64,000 bases of DNA from an uncultured Chloroflexia bacterium (lineage in GTDB: Bacteria > Chloroflexota > Chloroflexia > QHBQ01 > JADMIH01), in contig CAWCNY010000001.1 in the NCBI GenBank assembly GCA_963797095.1, positions 416,001-480,000 on the forward strand, written 5' to 3'. The translations under genes were made by a program, and so were the position numbers. The notes beneath the pieces are model-generated. The model did not search any database. It saw nothing but the letters and a program-made list of their open reading frames with translations, and had not been told where the DNA came from. This document shows positions 29,749 through 39,677 of the stretch, in pieces (the stretch's first letter is position 1; each line of letters begins with the position of its first letter).

Positions 29749-31578
29749 CTACCGGCTGACGCTCTTCATCATCCCGGCAACCCGGTCGCGTTCGTGCTTG
29801 GAAAGGAGACGCTTGCGAATGCGGAAGGTCTTGGGTGTGACCTCCAGCAGCTCGTCGTCGGCAAGGAACTCGATGGCGTCGTCCAGGGAGAGAACGCGGG
29901 GCGGCTCAAGCCTGATAGCCTCCTCGGCTGTGCTGTTCCGCATATTGGTCAGGTGCTTCTTCTTACAGACGTTCACCTCAAGGTCGCGCTCGCGGATATG
30001 CTGGCCCACGACCATCCCCTCGTACACGTCAACACCAGAACCCAGGAACAACTGGCCTCTCTCCTGCGCGGTGTTGAGGCCGTAGCTTGACGTTAGGCCG
30101 GTCTCCCAGGCGATCAGCGAGCCAAGTTCGCGAGTAGTGACCGGCCCGGACAAAGGCCCGTAGCCCGCGAACAGCGTGTTGACGATCCCCTGGCCGCGAG
30201 TGCGCGTCAGGAACGACTGCCGGAAGCCCAGCAGACCTCTCGTGGGCACTTTGTAGACGTAGTGCACCGAGCCATCGTCTCGGTACTTCATGTCGATCAA
30301 GGTGCCCCGGCGCTGGCCCATCATCTCGACCACCACGCCCGCCGCCTCCTGAGCTACCTCGATCTCGGCCTGCTCGTAAGGCTCCAGCTTGTGGCCGTCC
30401 TCTTCGTGAAAGATCACTTCTGGCTTGGATACCTGGAACTCGTAGCCTTCGCGACGCATGGTCTCAACCAGGATCGCCAGGTGCAATTCGCCTCTACCGC
30501 TTACCAGGAAGGTGTCGGCGCTGTCGGTGTCGGCCACGCGAAGCGCCACGTCACGCTGTAGCTCGTTGTACAGTCGCTCGCGAATCTGGCGGCTGGTAAC
30601 GAATTTACCGTCGCGCCCGGCGAAGGGGCTGTTGTTCACGCCGAAGCTCATCCTGACAGTCGGCTCTTCAACCTTGATAGGTGGGAGGGCCTGGGGGTCA
30701 CTCGCGTCTGCTATCGTTTCACCGATATTGATGTCGGTTATTCCTGCCACCGCCACAATATCACCGGCCTGAACCTCGTCCACCTCGGTGCGGGTCAGCC
30801 CCTGGAACGTGAAAACCTGTGTGACCTTCGCTAGCGACATATCCCCCTGATGGTCAACTCGCATAACAGACTGAGCCCTGTGCAACTTACCCGCATGCAG
30901 GCGGCCTACCGCGATCTTCCCCTTGTATTCGTCGTATATAGTTGCCGTTACAAGCATCTGGGCGGGGTCGTCGGGCCGCACTTCGGGGGCGGGTATGGTC
31001 TCCAGGATCGCCTCGAACAGCGGTTCGAGGGTCGGCCCCATGTGATTGTGGTCCGTGCCGGACTCGCCGGTGAGGGCATTTGTATAGATCACGGCGAACT
31101 CGGCCTGTTCCTCACTCGCGCCCAGGTCGAGAAACAGATCAAACGTTTCGTTGAGCACATGGTTAGGCCGGGCATTGGCCCTGTCTATCTTGTTGATCAC
31201 CAGGATCGCCCTGTGGCCTCGCTGTAGCGCCTGCCTCAACACAAATTTGGTCTGCGGCATTGGCCCCTCGACCGCATCAACCAGCAGAAGCACACCGTCC
31301 ACCATGTTCATCACGCGCTCTACCTCGCCTCCGAAGTCGGCATGGCCCGGCGTGTCCACGATGTTGATTTTGCGACCATGGTAAACGACGGCGGTGTTCT
31401 TCGCCATGATAGTGATGCCGCGCTCGCGTTCGAGGGCGTTGGAGTCCATAACCCGCTCGGCCACCTGCTGGTTCTCGCGGAAGATGTGGCTCTGCTTGAG
31501 CATGGCATCAACCAGGGTGGTCTTGCCGTGGTCTACGTGCGCTATTATCGCTATATTTCTGATATCGTCTCTTCGCAT
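29749..31578 (-). CDS. typA: Translational GTPase TypA/BipA
   Basis: [45 protein letters not shown]. Confidence 0.97.
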   Translation of the reverse strand: MRRDDIRNIAIIAHVDHGKTTLVDAMLKQSHIFRENQQVAERVMDSNALERERGITIMAKNTAVVYHGRKINIVDTPGHADFGGEVERVMNMVDGVLLLVDAVEGPMPQTKFVLRQALQRGHRAILVINKIDRANARPNHVLNETFDLFLDLGASEEQAEFAVIYTNALTGESGTDHNHMGPTLEPLFEAILETIPAPEVRPDDPAQMLVTATIYDEYKGKIAVGRLHAGKLHRAQSVMRVDHQGDMSLAKVTQVFTFQGLTRTEVDEVQAGDIVAVAGITDINIGETIADASDPQALPPIKVEEPTVRMSFGVNNSPFAGRDGKFVTSRQIRERLYNELQRDVALRVADTDSADTFLVSGRGELHLAILVETMRREGYEFQVSKPEVIFHEEDGHKLEPYEQAEIEVAQEAAGVVVEMMGQRRGTLIDMKYRDDGSVHYVYKVPTRGLLGFRQSFLTRTRGQGIVNTLFAGYGPLSGPVTTRELGSLIAWETGLTSSYGLNTAQERGQLFLGSGVDVYEGMVVGQHIRERDLEVNVCKKKHLTNMRNSTAEEAIRLEPPRVLSLDDAIEFLADDELLEVTPKTFRIRKRLLSKHERDRVAGMMKSVSR

Positions 31579-31597
31579 TCTCTTTTTCTTACCCCAC

Positions 31598-31621
31598 AAA
31601 AAAGCCCCGTTCCGACGGGGC
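31598..31621 (-). terminator. Terminator-like hairpin in the typA leader
   Basis: GCCCCGT-CGGA-ACGGGGC-TTTTTT, 19 nt before the ATG. Confidence 0.55.
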
Positions 31622-31816
31622 ACTGATTCCTGTCATCCTGTAATTATACCAGATTCGGTTGTTTGTCGTGAAAGGATCGATGTCTGGAGTGTTTGCGCTA
31701 CATATCCCTTAGAATACAATAAGTGAAAACCACCCACACAACGGCAAATCTAGACGAACAAGCCTGCCTACTGTAAAGTGTTGTGTAGTGTGTGCATAAT
31801 GCAAAGGAGGCAGGAA

Positions 31817-32332
31817 ATGACAACATCGGCAGCGGACCTGCGGGAATACGATGTAACAGCAGATACTACCGCTACACCGGGGCGCGTGCTTTGCAGCGTG
31901 CGCAATCACCATGTGATCATTGATGGTCCAGTGCAGAACGGTTTTCCGGGTGAGGAAATGACCCCGCCTGAGCAATTTTTGTCGGCTGTGGCGGCCTGCG
32001 GTGTTGAACTGGTGCAAATGCTCGCGATCAAGCAGGAGTTACCACCTCCAAACATAAGTGTCAAGATCCATGCCATTTTGGATCGCGCCAACCCGGTGCG
32101 CCAGGACTATACAGTGTTCAATCATGTGCAGGTGGATTGCCACCTGAGAGGCGTCACCCAGGAGTTGGCCGATGAACTGGTGGAAGGGTTCACACGTCGC
32201 TGCCCACTGTTCGGCTCAGTGAGGGTGTCCTGTCCGGACGTAAAGGTGAGCGTGACGGTGGATAGGGAAGTGTCAGAACCAAGGGCTCCCAATCTCTCCT
32301 TTAGCGCTCAAAACGTTTCAGCCAAGCCTTAG
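31817..32332 (+). CDS. OsmC/Ohr-family protein; C-terminus runs into an IS6 end
   Basis: TPPEQFLSAVAAC and CPL Cys pair; AGGAGG RBS. Confidence 0.8.
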   Translation: MTTSAADLREYDVTADTTATPGRVLCSVRNHHVIIDGPVQNGFPGEEMTPPEQFLSAVAACGVELVQMLAIKQELPPPNISVKIHAILDRANPVRQDYTVFNHVQVDCHLRGVTQELADELVEGFTRRCPLFGSVRVSCPDVKVSVTVDREVSEPRAPNLSFSAQNVSAKP

Positions 32333-32487
32333 ACGCAAATATGATTTGCTGTTAGGCTGCAATCAGCGAGTTTTGCAGAGCACCAAACCGCTGCCGGAAT
32401 AGCCGGCGTTGTTCAGACAGCGGCACCTGATCCAAAACCTCGCATCGGATAGTAGCGCTGCTTGATCCCTCGGTGGTCTTGCTCATA
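32266..32487 (-). mobile_element. IS6 right-end remnant with internal deletion
   Basis: IR GGAAGTGTCAGAA; pieces encoding EQDHRGIKQRYYPMRGFG and VPLSEQRRLFRQRF. Confidence 0.75.
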
Positions 32488-32571
32488 GGGTCGAAGAGCG
32501 GCGCGCCACAGTCTTGCAACTGCACGTTTCCGCCCAGCGCCCTCAGAACTGGGCGGGCAACTCGTCGCTGC

Positions 32572-33839
32572 TGTAGTGTGTAAATACCCGTCCGACGCCT
32601 GGATCTCCCTTGTGTACGGGTCAGAGTCGGTTTATGCTTTTGCATGCCCACCCATTTCTACCTGCTGGTGCAGCTTCTCAGACTGCTCTTGGATCTGCTC
32701 GCCACCCGCCGTTTGTCTGACCAGCACAAGGACCTTGAGATCCTCCTGCTTCGCCACCAGCTCCGTATCCTGCAGCGCAGACTCCCCAACTCCCGGCCAC
32801 CCCGCGTCTCTGTCTGGGAGAAAGGCATTCTCGCGCTGCTCGCTGCCCAATTCAGAAGGTACACCGAAGGCACGCGTCGCACCCTGGATGAAGTCGTCTT
32901 GCTGTTCAAGCCCGACACAGTCCTTCACTGGCACCGACAACTGGTCAGACGAAAATGGACCTTTCGACGGGTTGGCAGACCATGCGTTGCAATTGAGTTG
33001 GCAGAGCTCATAGTTCGGCTGGCCCAAGAGAACCCAAGATGGGGTTACAGCAAGATCCAGGGGGAGTTGCTCAAGCTTGGTTACTCGGTCAGCCGATCTA
33101 GCGTGAGAAACGTCCTCAGAAGCCATCGGATCCCGCCCGCTCCACAGCGTAAGAAGAGTGGCACCACTTGGCGGAGCTTTCTTGGGCACTATGCCCACCA
33201 GATGTTAGCCGCTGATTTCTTCACGGTAGAAACCGCACGCTTGAGGACATTGTATGTCTTGTTCTTTATCGAGCTGAGCACTCGCCGAGTGCATCTATCC
33301 GGTTGCACTACCCATCCGACGTCTGCGTGGGTGACACAGCAAGCGCGAAATCTCGCCTGGGAGTTGGGCGACATGCAGGATATCCAGGATGTGGGAGATC
33401 GAAAGTTGCCAATACGCTTCCTGATCCACGACCGAGACGCCAAGTTCACCTTCCGTTTCGATGTCGTGTTTGCTTCAGAGAGCATCGAGACGATACTCAC
33501 TCCGTACCGGTGCCCTAAAGCGAATGCGTTTGCTGAGCGCTGGGTTCGGACAGCGAGGGAGGAATGCCTGGATCAACTGCTCATAATCAGCGAGGGGCAC
33601 CTACACCGAGTGCTAGCCGAGTATGTGGAGTATTACAACCAAAGAAGGCCGCACCAAGGTATCGGCCAGCGTATTCTGGTGCCCGTTTCAGTGAGAAGGG
33701 CAGCCAAGCCAGCAGTCGGAAGTGTTGTTAGCCTTGGTCGCCGGGATGTGCTTGGAGGGGTCATCCACGACTACGATTGGGTCATTATCGATGCTGCATA
33801 AGCCCCTTCCTGTGCACGGACGAGTTATTGCACACTACA
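32572..33839 (+). mobile_element. IS481-like element
   Basis: IRs TGTAGTGTGTAAATACCCGTCC and (reverse complement) TGTAGTGTGCAATAACTCGTCC. Confidence 0.85.
32644..33801 (+). CDS. Integrase-core (rve) transposase
   Basis: AADFFTVET, HDRDAKF, NAFAERWV, YYNQRRPHQG. Confidence 0.9.
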   Translation: MPTHFYLLVQLLRLLLDLLATRRLSDQHKDLEILLLRHQLRILQRRLPNSRPPRVSVWEKGILALLAAQFRRYTEGTRRTLDEVVLLFKPDTVLHWHRQLVRRKWTFRRVGRPCVAIELAELIVRLAQENPRWGYSKIQGELLKLGYSVSRSSVRNVLRSHRIPPAPQRKKSGTTWRSFLGHYAHQMLAADFFTVETARLRTLYVLFFIELSTRRVHLSGCTTHPTSAWVTQQARNLAWELGDMQDIQDVGDRKLPIRFLIHDRDAKFTFRFDVVFASESIETILTPYRCPKANAFAERWVRTAREECLDQLLIISEGHLHRVLAEYVEYYNQRRPHQGIGQRILVPVSVRRAAKPAVGSVVSLGRRDVLGGVIHDYDWVIIDAA

Positions 33840-35166
33840 GGCCCCCCTTTTTGGTGCCAGTGCCATCTTGGCCATCTTGGCCATCTTGGCCATCTTGATC
33901 AGTGGCATTGGGGGCACTCACTGCAGAAGCAGCAGGCGCTGCAGAAGCATTGGTACGGATGACTTCGAGGTAGGCATGTGCAAACATAGCCAGCGTGATA
34001 TGACGGTACCATGCATTCCAACGCCGCACTTCATATTGATCCAGCCCCACATTCCCTTTGGCTGCCTCAAAGCTTTCCTCAATCGCCCACCTCACACCTG
34101 CTACCCGCACCAACTCCTCAACAGGTGTAGCGTCTGGACCAAAAGCAAGATAGTAAGCAAGTTCCGTAGGGTCGCTCAAACTGCGCCGAGCCAGTAGCCA
34201 ACGGGCCATGTGAGCCGTACCAGCTCTGTGCTGGTGAGGGAGTTGAATACAAGCCCACTCATAGAGCCGCTCTCCTTGGCTCCCTTCCCCTGCGGAGAGT
34301 GTGGCCCATGCCTGCGCCTCCAGTTCGCCGATCAAGGTATCTGCTCGTTGCTGGTGACCGGCGCGCCAGATAGCGTGATCACAGGAGACCGCCAACACGT
34401 AGGAGTGTTGATTAGTTTCTAACCAGTGCCGTAATTCGCTGTCGTCCCCGTAAACTGCATCTCCCGTCACCCACCCAGCCGGAGTTGGAACCTGACCCCC
34501 AAACGCCCGCGCTAGCATCTGCTGAGCAAGCTGTGGTTTGGTAGCAAACACTACCTCGTCCGGTACGCCTGCCTCCTTGCGGCGCTGCTCATCAAGTGCC
34601 CACTCTTTTGGCAGATACAGTTCTCGGTCCAAGAAGGTATGTCCGTTAGGGCTTGCATAGGCGAGAAAGACGCCAATTTGGCAGTTCTCGATGCGCCCTG
34701 CTGTTCCACTGTACTGCCTCTGCACGCCGACCGACTTGGTACCCTTCTTGATGAAGCCGGTCTCATCCACGATTAGCACTCCCCGTCCCCGAGGATCGCC
34801 AAGATGCTCGACCACGTAGGAGCGCAGGTCGTCGCGGACAGCATCAGCATCCCAGTGAGCGGCATTGAGCAGGCGCTGTACTCCTTGTGGCCCAGCTTCG
34901 CCCAGGTGCTCAGCCAATTGCCAGCCATTCTTGCGCTCGACACGATCCAGGAGTGCTGCCAGATACCGCAGGGCTCGATCCCGGACTTCAGATCGGCGGA
35001 ACCGGCTACTGATACGAACATGCAAGGCATCCAATCCCCCTCGCCAGCCCTCAATGTCCTCTCGCCATATACGTTCTTGCTCTGTCTGCTGCGTTTGCAC
35101 TCTTCTCTCACTCGTCATCATCTGGTATCCTCCCTCCATTTCCATTCTAATCAGGATACCATACAT
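33835..35166 (-). CDS. IS701-family transposase, 3' end clipped by IS481
   Basis: [42 protein letters not shown]. Confidence 0.9.
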   Translation of the reverse strand: MYGILIRMEMEGGYQMMTSERRVQTQQTEQERIWREDIEGWRGGLDALHVRISSRFRRSEVRDRALRYLAALLDRVERKNGWQLAEHLGEAGPQGVQRLLNAAHWDADAVRDDLRSYVVEHLGDPRGRGVLIVDETGFIKKGTKSVGVQRQYSGTAGRIENCQIGVFLAYASPNGHTFLDRELYLPKEWALDEQRRKEAGVPDEVVFATKPQLAQQMLARAFGGQVPTPAGWVTGDAVYGDDSELRHWLETNQHSYVLAVSCDHAIWRAGHQQRADTLIGELEAQAWATLSAGEGSQGERLYEWACIQLPHQHRAGTAHMARWLLARRSLSDPTELAYYLAFGPDATPVEELVRVAGVRWAIEESFEAAKGNVGLDQYEVRRWNAWYRHITLAMFAHAYLEVIRTNASAAPAASAVSAPNATDQDGQDGQDGQDGTGTKKGGL

Positions 35167-35190
35167 TTGGATATAAGTGTCGCTGTAGTA

Positions 35191-35270
35191 TTAGCAGGCT
35201 GCTGGTCACGGCGTATCAATGACGAGCACCGCCTCGTGTACCAGGTACTCGAAGACAAGATCCGCATCCT
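35191..35270 (+). pseudogene. yoeB: Txe/YoeB toxin fragment before the transposon
   Basis: LAGCWSRRINDEHRLVY...IRIL; N-terminus lost at the IS701 end. Confidence 0.85.
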
Positions 35271-35579
35271 GGGGATCCGACCTCATCCGGACAAAAAACA
35301 ACGGTACAATTCGGTTAGGCTGGGGCTATTTGCCATAAGATGTATTCTCTTTCTCGATGTCGTTCGCTAAGGGCAGATTGTGAGGTGAATAACAAAAGGG
35401 GCGATATCCTGAGCCTGACCGATCCTAGAGAACTTCGGCAAACATTACAGTACTTCCACGCGATCAGTAGCTACAAAATCGAGATACGGGCGATTGTAGC
35501 TATCACATAGCTCAAGTACTAGTACTTAAGGATTAGTACGAATGCTGTACATTGTGAACTATACTACTTGCCGAAAGTA

Positions 35580-35608
35580 TTGACATAGCATTTTAGTCGA
35601 TCTATAAT
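35580..35608 (+). promoter_or_regulatory. Consensus sigma70 promoter of the cargo operon
   Basis: TTGACA-N17-TATAAT exact; upstream palindrome AAGTACTAGTACTT at 35514-35527. Confidence 0.75.
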
Positions 35609-35874
35609 CTGGTTCTCAGCCTCGGCAAATTGCCTAACTTACAAGAAACCTAGCGAACAAGCGGGGGTAGTCCGTTACTTTTACCTCGGCATTTGAGCCT
35701 CAGTTGTACAACCCCTTATTGGTAAGGGACAGGACCATATCTGTTTGGCACAAACATCACTCCGCAGTTTCTACCCTCAATGTCTTGTCTTCGACTAGGT
35801 GATTCTCTTTCTCATCGTTTTAGGCTTTTCCACGATCCTCCAAGGTCGATAGACCGCTAGATAGCGGAGGTCAT

Positions 35875-36423
35875 ATGGATCCGGCCCTTACTCAAGCTAT
35901 TGCTTATGTGTCTATGGTTGCACAGGTCACTCTTGGCCTTGTATTTGCAACCTCCGCCATCGGTAAAGTTCTGAATATGGCCGAATTTGCGCGAACGATT
36001 GTCCAATTCAAACTCTTGCCACCTAGAATTACGAGAGTGGCCGCTACTCTCGTCGTTGTTGGCGAGTCATCAATAGTCGTCCTACTTATGGCTGGAGGTA
36101 TCATGACCTGCCTAGCCGCAATAATGGCTCTGATGCTCCTGCTGATCTTCTCTGGCGCCATCAGTTCGGCTCTCGCCAGGAATCTGGATACCGCATGTAG
36201 TTGTTTTGGGTCCAATCGGGAGCGCATTTCGCCATACGAGCTATGGAGGAATGGTGTTTTGATCCTTTGTTGCTTGTTGGTGCTAGCTCCTCTTGTCATA
36301 GGTACGTCCATCCCTCGCGAAAACGAACTTGCTACCTGGCTTCTGATCGGAACAACGGCAGGGATTCTTACGATTGTCCTAACCAATCTGCATAGAATTG
36401 GTCGGCTGGTACGCATGAGCTAA
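35875..36423 (+). CDS. MauE/DoxX-family membrane protein
   Basis: VF..SA.GK, F...I..F.LLP, ACSCFG (CxCFG), LWRN; GGAGG RBS. Confidence 0.88.
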   Translation: MDPALTQAIAYVSMVAQVTLGLVFATSAIGKVLNMAEFARTIVQFKLLPPRITRVAATLVVVGESSIVVLLMAGGIMTCLAAIMALMLLLIFSGAISSALARNLDTACSCFGSNRERISPYELWRNGVLILCCLLVLAPLVIGTSIPRENELATWLLIGTTAGILTIVLTNLHRIGRLVRMS

Positions 36424-36440
36424 ATACGGAGCGTGGAGTT

Positions 36441-37022
36441 ATGGAATCAATTCTCATATTCAGCAATGTAGCTCTTTGGGTGTTCGTCCTCTTCAACTTC
36501 ATCTTGACGCTTGCCTTAATACAACGATTGGGCTCTGGGCCTGTTTCCGCCGCCACACAGCAAGGTTTGCCAGCAGGAGAGCAGGCACCCCCATTTACAG
36601 CCGAAACACTGGCTGGTGAACAAATCACCCTTTCATCCTTTGCGGGTAGGAATGTGGCATTCATCCTTTTCGGGCTTGACTGCGCACCATGCCTGGAGGC
36701 TCTACCTGACTACGAGGCGCTTTCTCCAAAGGCTAAGCGCAAAGGCACAGAGATTGTGTTAGTAAGTCTGAACACTTTGGAGAACACCCGAGCATTTGCG
36801 GATGAACACAAGGTTCAGTGCCCAGTGATTATCGGGAACAAATCTTTTATGACAGACTACAAGGCGCGTGGCACGCCATTTTACACTCTCGTAGATGGTC
36901 AGGGCAAAGTTATCTCATCAGGGCCACCAAGCCGTAATGTGAAAGGCTGGCGCGAGTTAGCAAGTTCCTGGGAGGCGGTGGAAGATATTGTGCTTGAACC
37001 CGCTGGCGCCGCCGGCAATTGA
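36441..37022 (+). CDS. Membrane-anchored TlpA/MauD-like thioredoxin-fold protein
   Basis: N-terminal TM LW..V.FN..L.LAL.QRL, G..AP.F, CAPC, cis-Pro motif GTPF. Confidence 0.88.
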   Translation: MESILIFSNVALWVFVLFNFILTLALIQRLGSGPVSAATQQGLPAGEQAPPFTAETLAGEQITLSSFAGRNVAFILFGLDCAPCLEALPDYEALSPKAKRKGTEIVLVSLNTLENTRAFADEHKVQCPVIIGNKSFMTDYKARGTPFYTLVDGQGKVISSGPPSRNVKGWRELASSWEAVEDIVLEPAGAAGN

Positions 37023-37125
37023 GATGGGAAAGGAGGTGCTTGCGTAACTATAAGGATTTCGATTAGCAGGTTTGGATTGATGTGAAGACTCATGAGTAGA
37101 GGAAGGTACCTCAAAGGAGAAGGAT

Positions 37126-37446
37126 ATGGACAGCCTTGCAACTACGCTACCTATCACGAATACCTTGCTCGCCGTTGTTGACCAGCTAGGTAAGCGCGTT
37201 CGGATCCTTGATGTTCTGGTCAAGATGGCCGCAGATCGTATTACGCCCATCAGGAGTGCATCTGCAGCCTGTGATGGTGCGGTATGCTACACTCAATGTG
37301 AGCAGACCGAAGACTGTTGCACATGCGGCATCAATCAGCATGTACAGCTTATTAGGTACAAAGCAGTGGAAGTGTTTGGCTGCGACGGTGCAGACTATTG
37401 CCCGGGACCATGCTCTTCCAGTTGCCCGTTCTGTAACGGCTGCTAG
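37126..37446 (+). CDS. Cys-rich precursor peptide (leader plus 12-Cys core)
   Basis: AAGGAGAAGGAT RBS; residues 1-47 have no Cys and end ITPIRSASA; residues 48-106 have 12 Cys. Confidence 0.75.
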   Translation: MDSLATTLPITNTLLAVVDQLGKRVRILDVLVKMAADRITPIRSASAACDGAVCYTQCEQTEDCCTCGINQHVQLIRYKAVEVFGCDGADYCPGPCSSSCPFCNGC

Positions 37447-37755
37447 AAACAGGTTGAGCGATTACGCTGGGCCGCAAAGATTACCGCATGATAGCTCCTG
37501 ATAGCTCTCAAATACATGTCAGCCCAGGAGCGCGCAGGTTACCGTGAGCGGCTGTTGTGCAGTCACAGGCGGGGCAAGTAGTCAGAATGGGATCAATTCA
37601 GCTAATCTGCCATTCCAAGAAGTATGGCCTTTGTCAGCTTGGATGGGTTCCAATCAGTTAGGAAGAGCGCACGACCTGGCGAATCTAACTCGTCAGGTCG
37701 TGCGCGCACACTTCGACGCGGCTTCACCTGCTCATCTCGTAAGTAGCTAAGCAGG

Positions 37756-38427
37756 GTGGAGCCAGCTAGCGCACAACCCGAGTTGACGCAGGTTTTGTAC
37801 TTATTGGACCTGGAGGGTATTGCTTACTTGGAAAGGGTGTCGGTAGAGTTCATTGGCTGTCTCATGCTCGTTCTGTCGATCCTTCTGGCGGGCGGCTGTG
37901 TCGTGCTGTGGTTTTCCTTTGTCATCGTCAGAGTTGAAAACAATAGTATGGAGCCAACTCTCAAACACGGTGAGCGCGTGCTGATGTTCCGCCTCTGGCC
38001 CGACAGGTGGCTACGAAGGGGACAAGTTGTCATCATCTTGCCCTTGTTGCGCAATCGACCTGAGACACATCTGAGCCGCACGGTCAAGCCAGGGCGCAAG
38101 CCATTTATTAAGCGCATCGTTGGTTTGCAAGGAGACATCATCACAGCCCGAATCGCTGACCGGAATTCGCCGCATGAAGCGTACGATCCGACCTATAATA
38201 GCAACGGTCAACGAACTTGGCATATACCTCCCCGCCATATCTTTGTGCTTGGAGATAATTACCCTCGGGGCGAGGATTCTCTCGTCTGGGGACCGATCCC
38301 TGAGTGGAATGTTCTGGGTATTGCCTTACTCAAGTTGCCAATAGGGAGGTTAGGACTGAGAGAACGTGCGCGGTATGCAGATACCCTTACTTGCACCAAG
38401 ATGAGCGAGTTTCGGAGAGGCGGCTAG
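37756..38427 (+). CDS. S26-family signal peptidase (true start possibly ATG 37864)
   Basis: TM then NSMEPTL (Ser), FIKRIVGL.GD (Lys), FVLGDN...DS..WGP. Confidence 0.9.
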   Translation: MEPASAQPELTQVLYLLDLEGIAYLERVSVEFIGCLMLVLSILLAGGCVVLWFSFVIVRVENNSMEPTLKHGERVLMFRLWPDRWLRRGQVVIILPLLRNRPETHLSRTVKPGRKPFIKRIVGLQGDIITARIADRNSPHEAYDPTYNSNGQRTWHIPPRHIFVLGDNYPRGEDSLVWGPIPEWNVLGIALLKLPIGRLGLRERARYADTLTCTKMSEFRRGG

Positions 38428-38584
38428 GTGTTGCCTTCCAGACTACAGAGGTTAACTTGGTCATTCCATGCCAACATTATCGAGCTTCAGTGGATAGAGT
38501 TTATGGAGAGATCGACCAGAAGTCTTCTTGCACACCAAACAGGTGTACGATATTTAACGCCAGTTCCAAGGTCACTAATCCAAC

Positions 38585-39592
38585 ATGGCCGAAGTAATAG
38601 CTACATCTCACACACATGAGCAAGAACTACTAGCTGCGTCTCTCAGGATGGAGAGCCCGTTCCGAATCGTCTGGCGGCGATTTCGCAAGAAGAAAGCGGG
38701 CGTCTTAGGGGTCATTTTGCTGGTTCTGCTGTCCATTGCGTGCATTGTGCTGCCCATGTTGTCAACATTTGATATCCAGCAAGTGAATGCAGTTCAAGGT
38801 TACGCCACATTTGGACAGACAGACCTGCTTGTGGGTGGTACGCATTGGCTAGGCACCGACTGGCTGGGCCGCGACTTTATGGTTCGCCTGTTCGTTGCTG
38901 GACGCACCACTCTGTTTGTGGCACTGATTTCTACATTGCTGGTGGTAATTATTGGTTCCATAGTTGGCGGGATAGCCGGTTATTACGGCGGGTGGATAGA
39001 TACGGTGCTGATGCGCTTCATTGACTTCTTACTAGCGCTCCCATTGCTGCCGCTCTTCCTACTTGCTGTCAGATTTCTACGCCAGACCCCAATCCTAAAG
39101 CCGTTATGGCTTGACCCAAACGCAAACTCGTATCTAACACTGGCTGTGATCAGCGGAGTGTTCATTTTGTTTAGTTGGATGGGGTTGGCGCGCCTGGTTC
39201 GGGGCTCAGTGCTGTCTTTGCGTACACTGACTTACGTGGAGGCGGCGCGTGCCCTTGGGTCGAGCAATCGGCGCATTGTCGTCCGCCACTTGCTCCCAAA
39301 TAGCATCGCGCCTATTCTTGTATCCGCCACCTTCGCCGTGGGTGATTTTATCATTCTGGAATCGGTTTTAGCATACTTCAATCAGGGAATCTACGACCCA
39401 CCGCTTCTGTCATGGGGTAATCTGCTAGTCGCCAATCTGACGCTGGCCTATAGCATTACCGAGCCTAACCCCTTCGTGAGCGTGCGCGGATGGCTCTTTT
39501 TCCTGCCTGGCCTCCTGGTGATTGCTACTGTGCTTTCCATCAACTACATTGGCGATGGGCTTCGAAACGCACTCGACCCGCACAGACGATGA
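38585..39592 (+). CDS. OppC/DppC-type ABC permease
   Basis: HWLGTD.LGRD, YVEAARALG, HLLPN, GDGLR.ALDP. Confidence 0.9.
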   Translation: MAEVIATSHTHEQELLAASLRMESPFRIVWRRFRKKKAGVLGVILLVLLSIACIVLPMLSTFDIQQVNAVQGYATFGQTDLLVGGTHWLGTDWLGRDFMVRLFVAGRTTLFVALISTLLVVIIGSIVGGIAGYYGGWIDTVLMRFIDFLLALPLLPLFLLAVRFLRQTPILKPLWLDPNANSYLTLAVISGVFILFSWMGLARLVRGSVLSLRTLTYVEAARALGSSNRRIVVRHLLPNSIAPILVSATFAVGDFIILESVLAYFNQGIYDPPLLSWGNLLVANLTLAYSITEPNPFVSVRGWLFFLPGLLVIATVLSINYIGDGLRNALDPHRR

Positions 39593-39677
39593 AATAAGCC
39601 AATGGAGAATTACACGATTGTAACCCTCATGTCTCCACCATGTCGTGACCGTCAAATGCACGAATAAGTAGGACGCG

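Noticed and set aside
34804-35370. 188-aa ORF
   Set aside because: Chimera of IS701 antisense sequence, the yoeB fragment and the transposon IR
35875-37446. Methylamine dehydrogenase (mau) operon
   Set aside because: The Cys-rich ORF has no Trp for TTQ and no Tat motif; mauB and mauG are absent from the window
37544-37750. Second precursor peptide
   Set aside because: No clear RBS, no leader similarity, only two Cys
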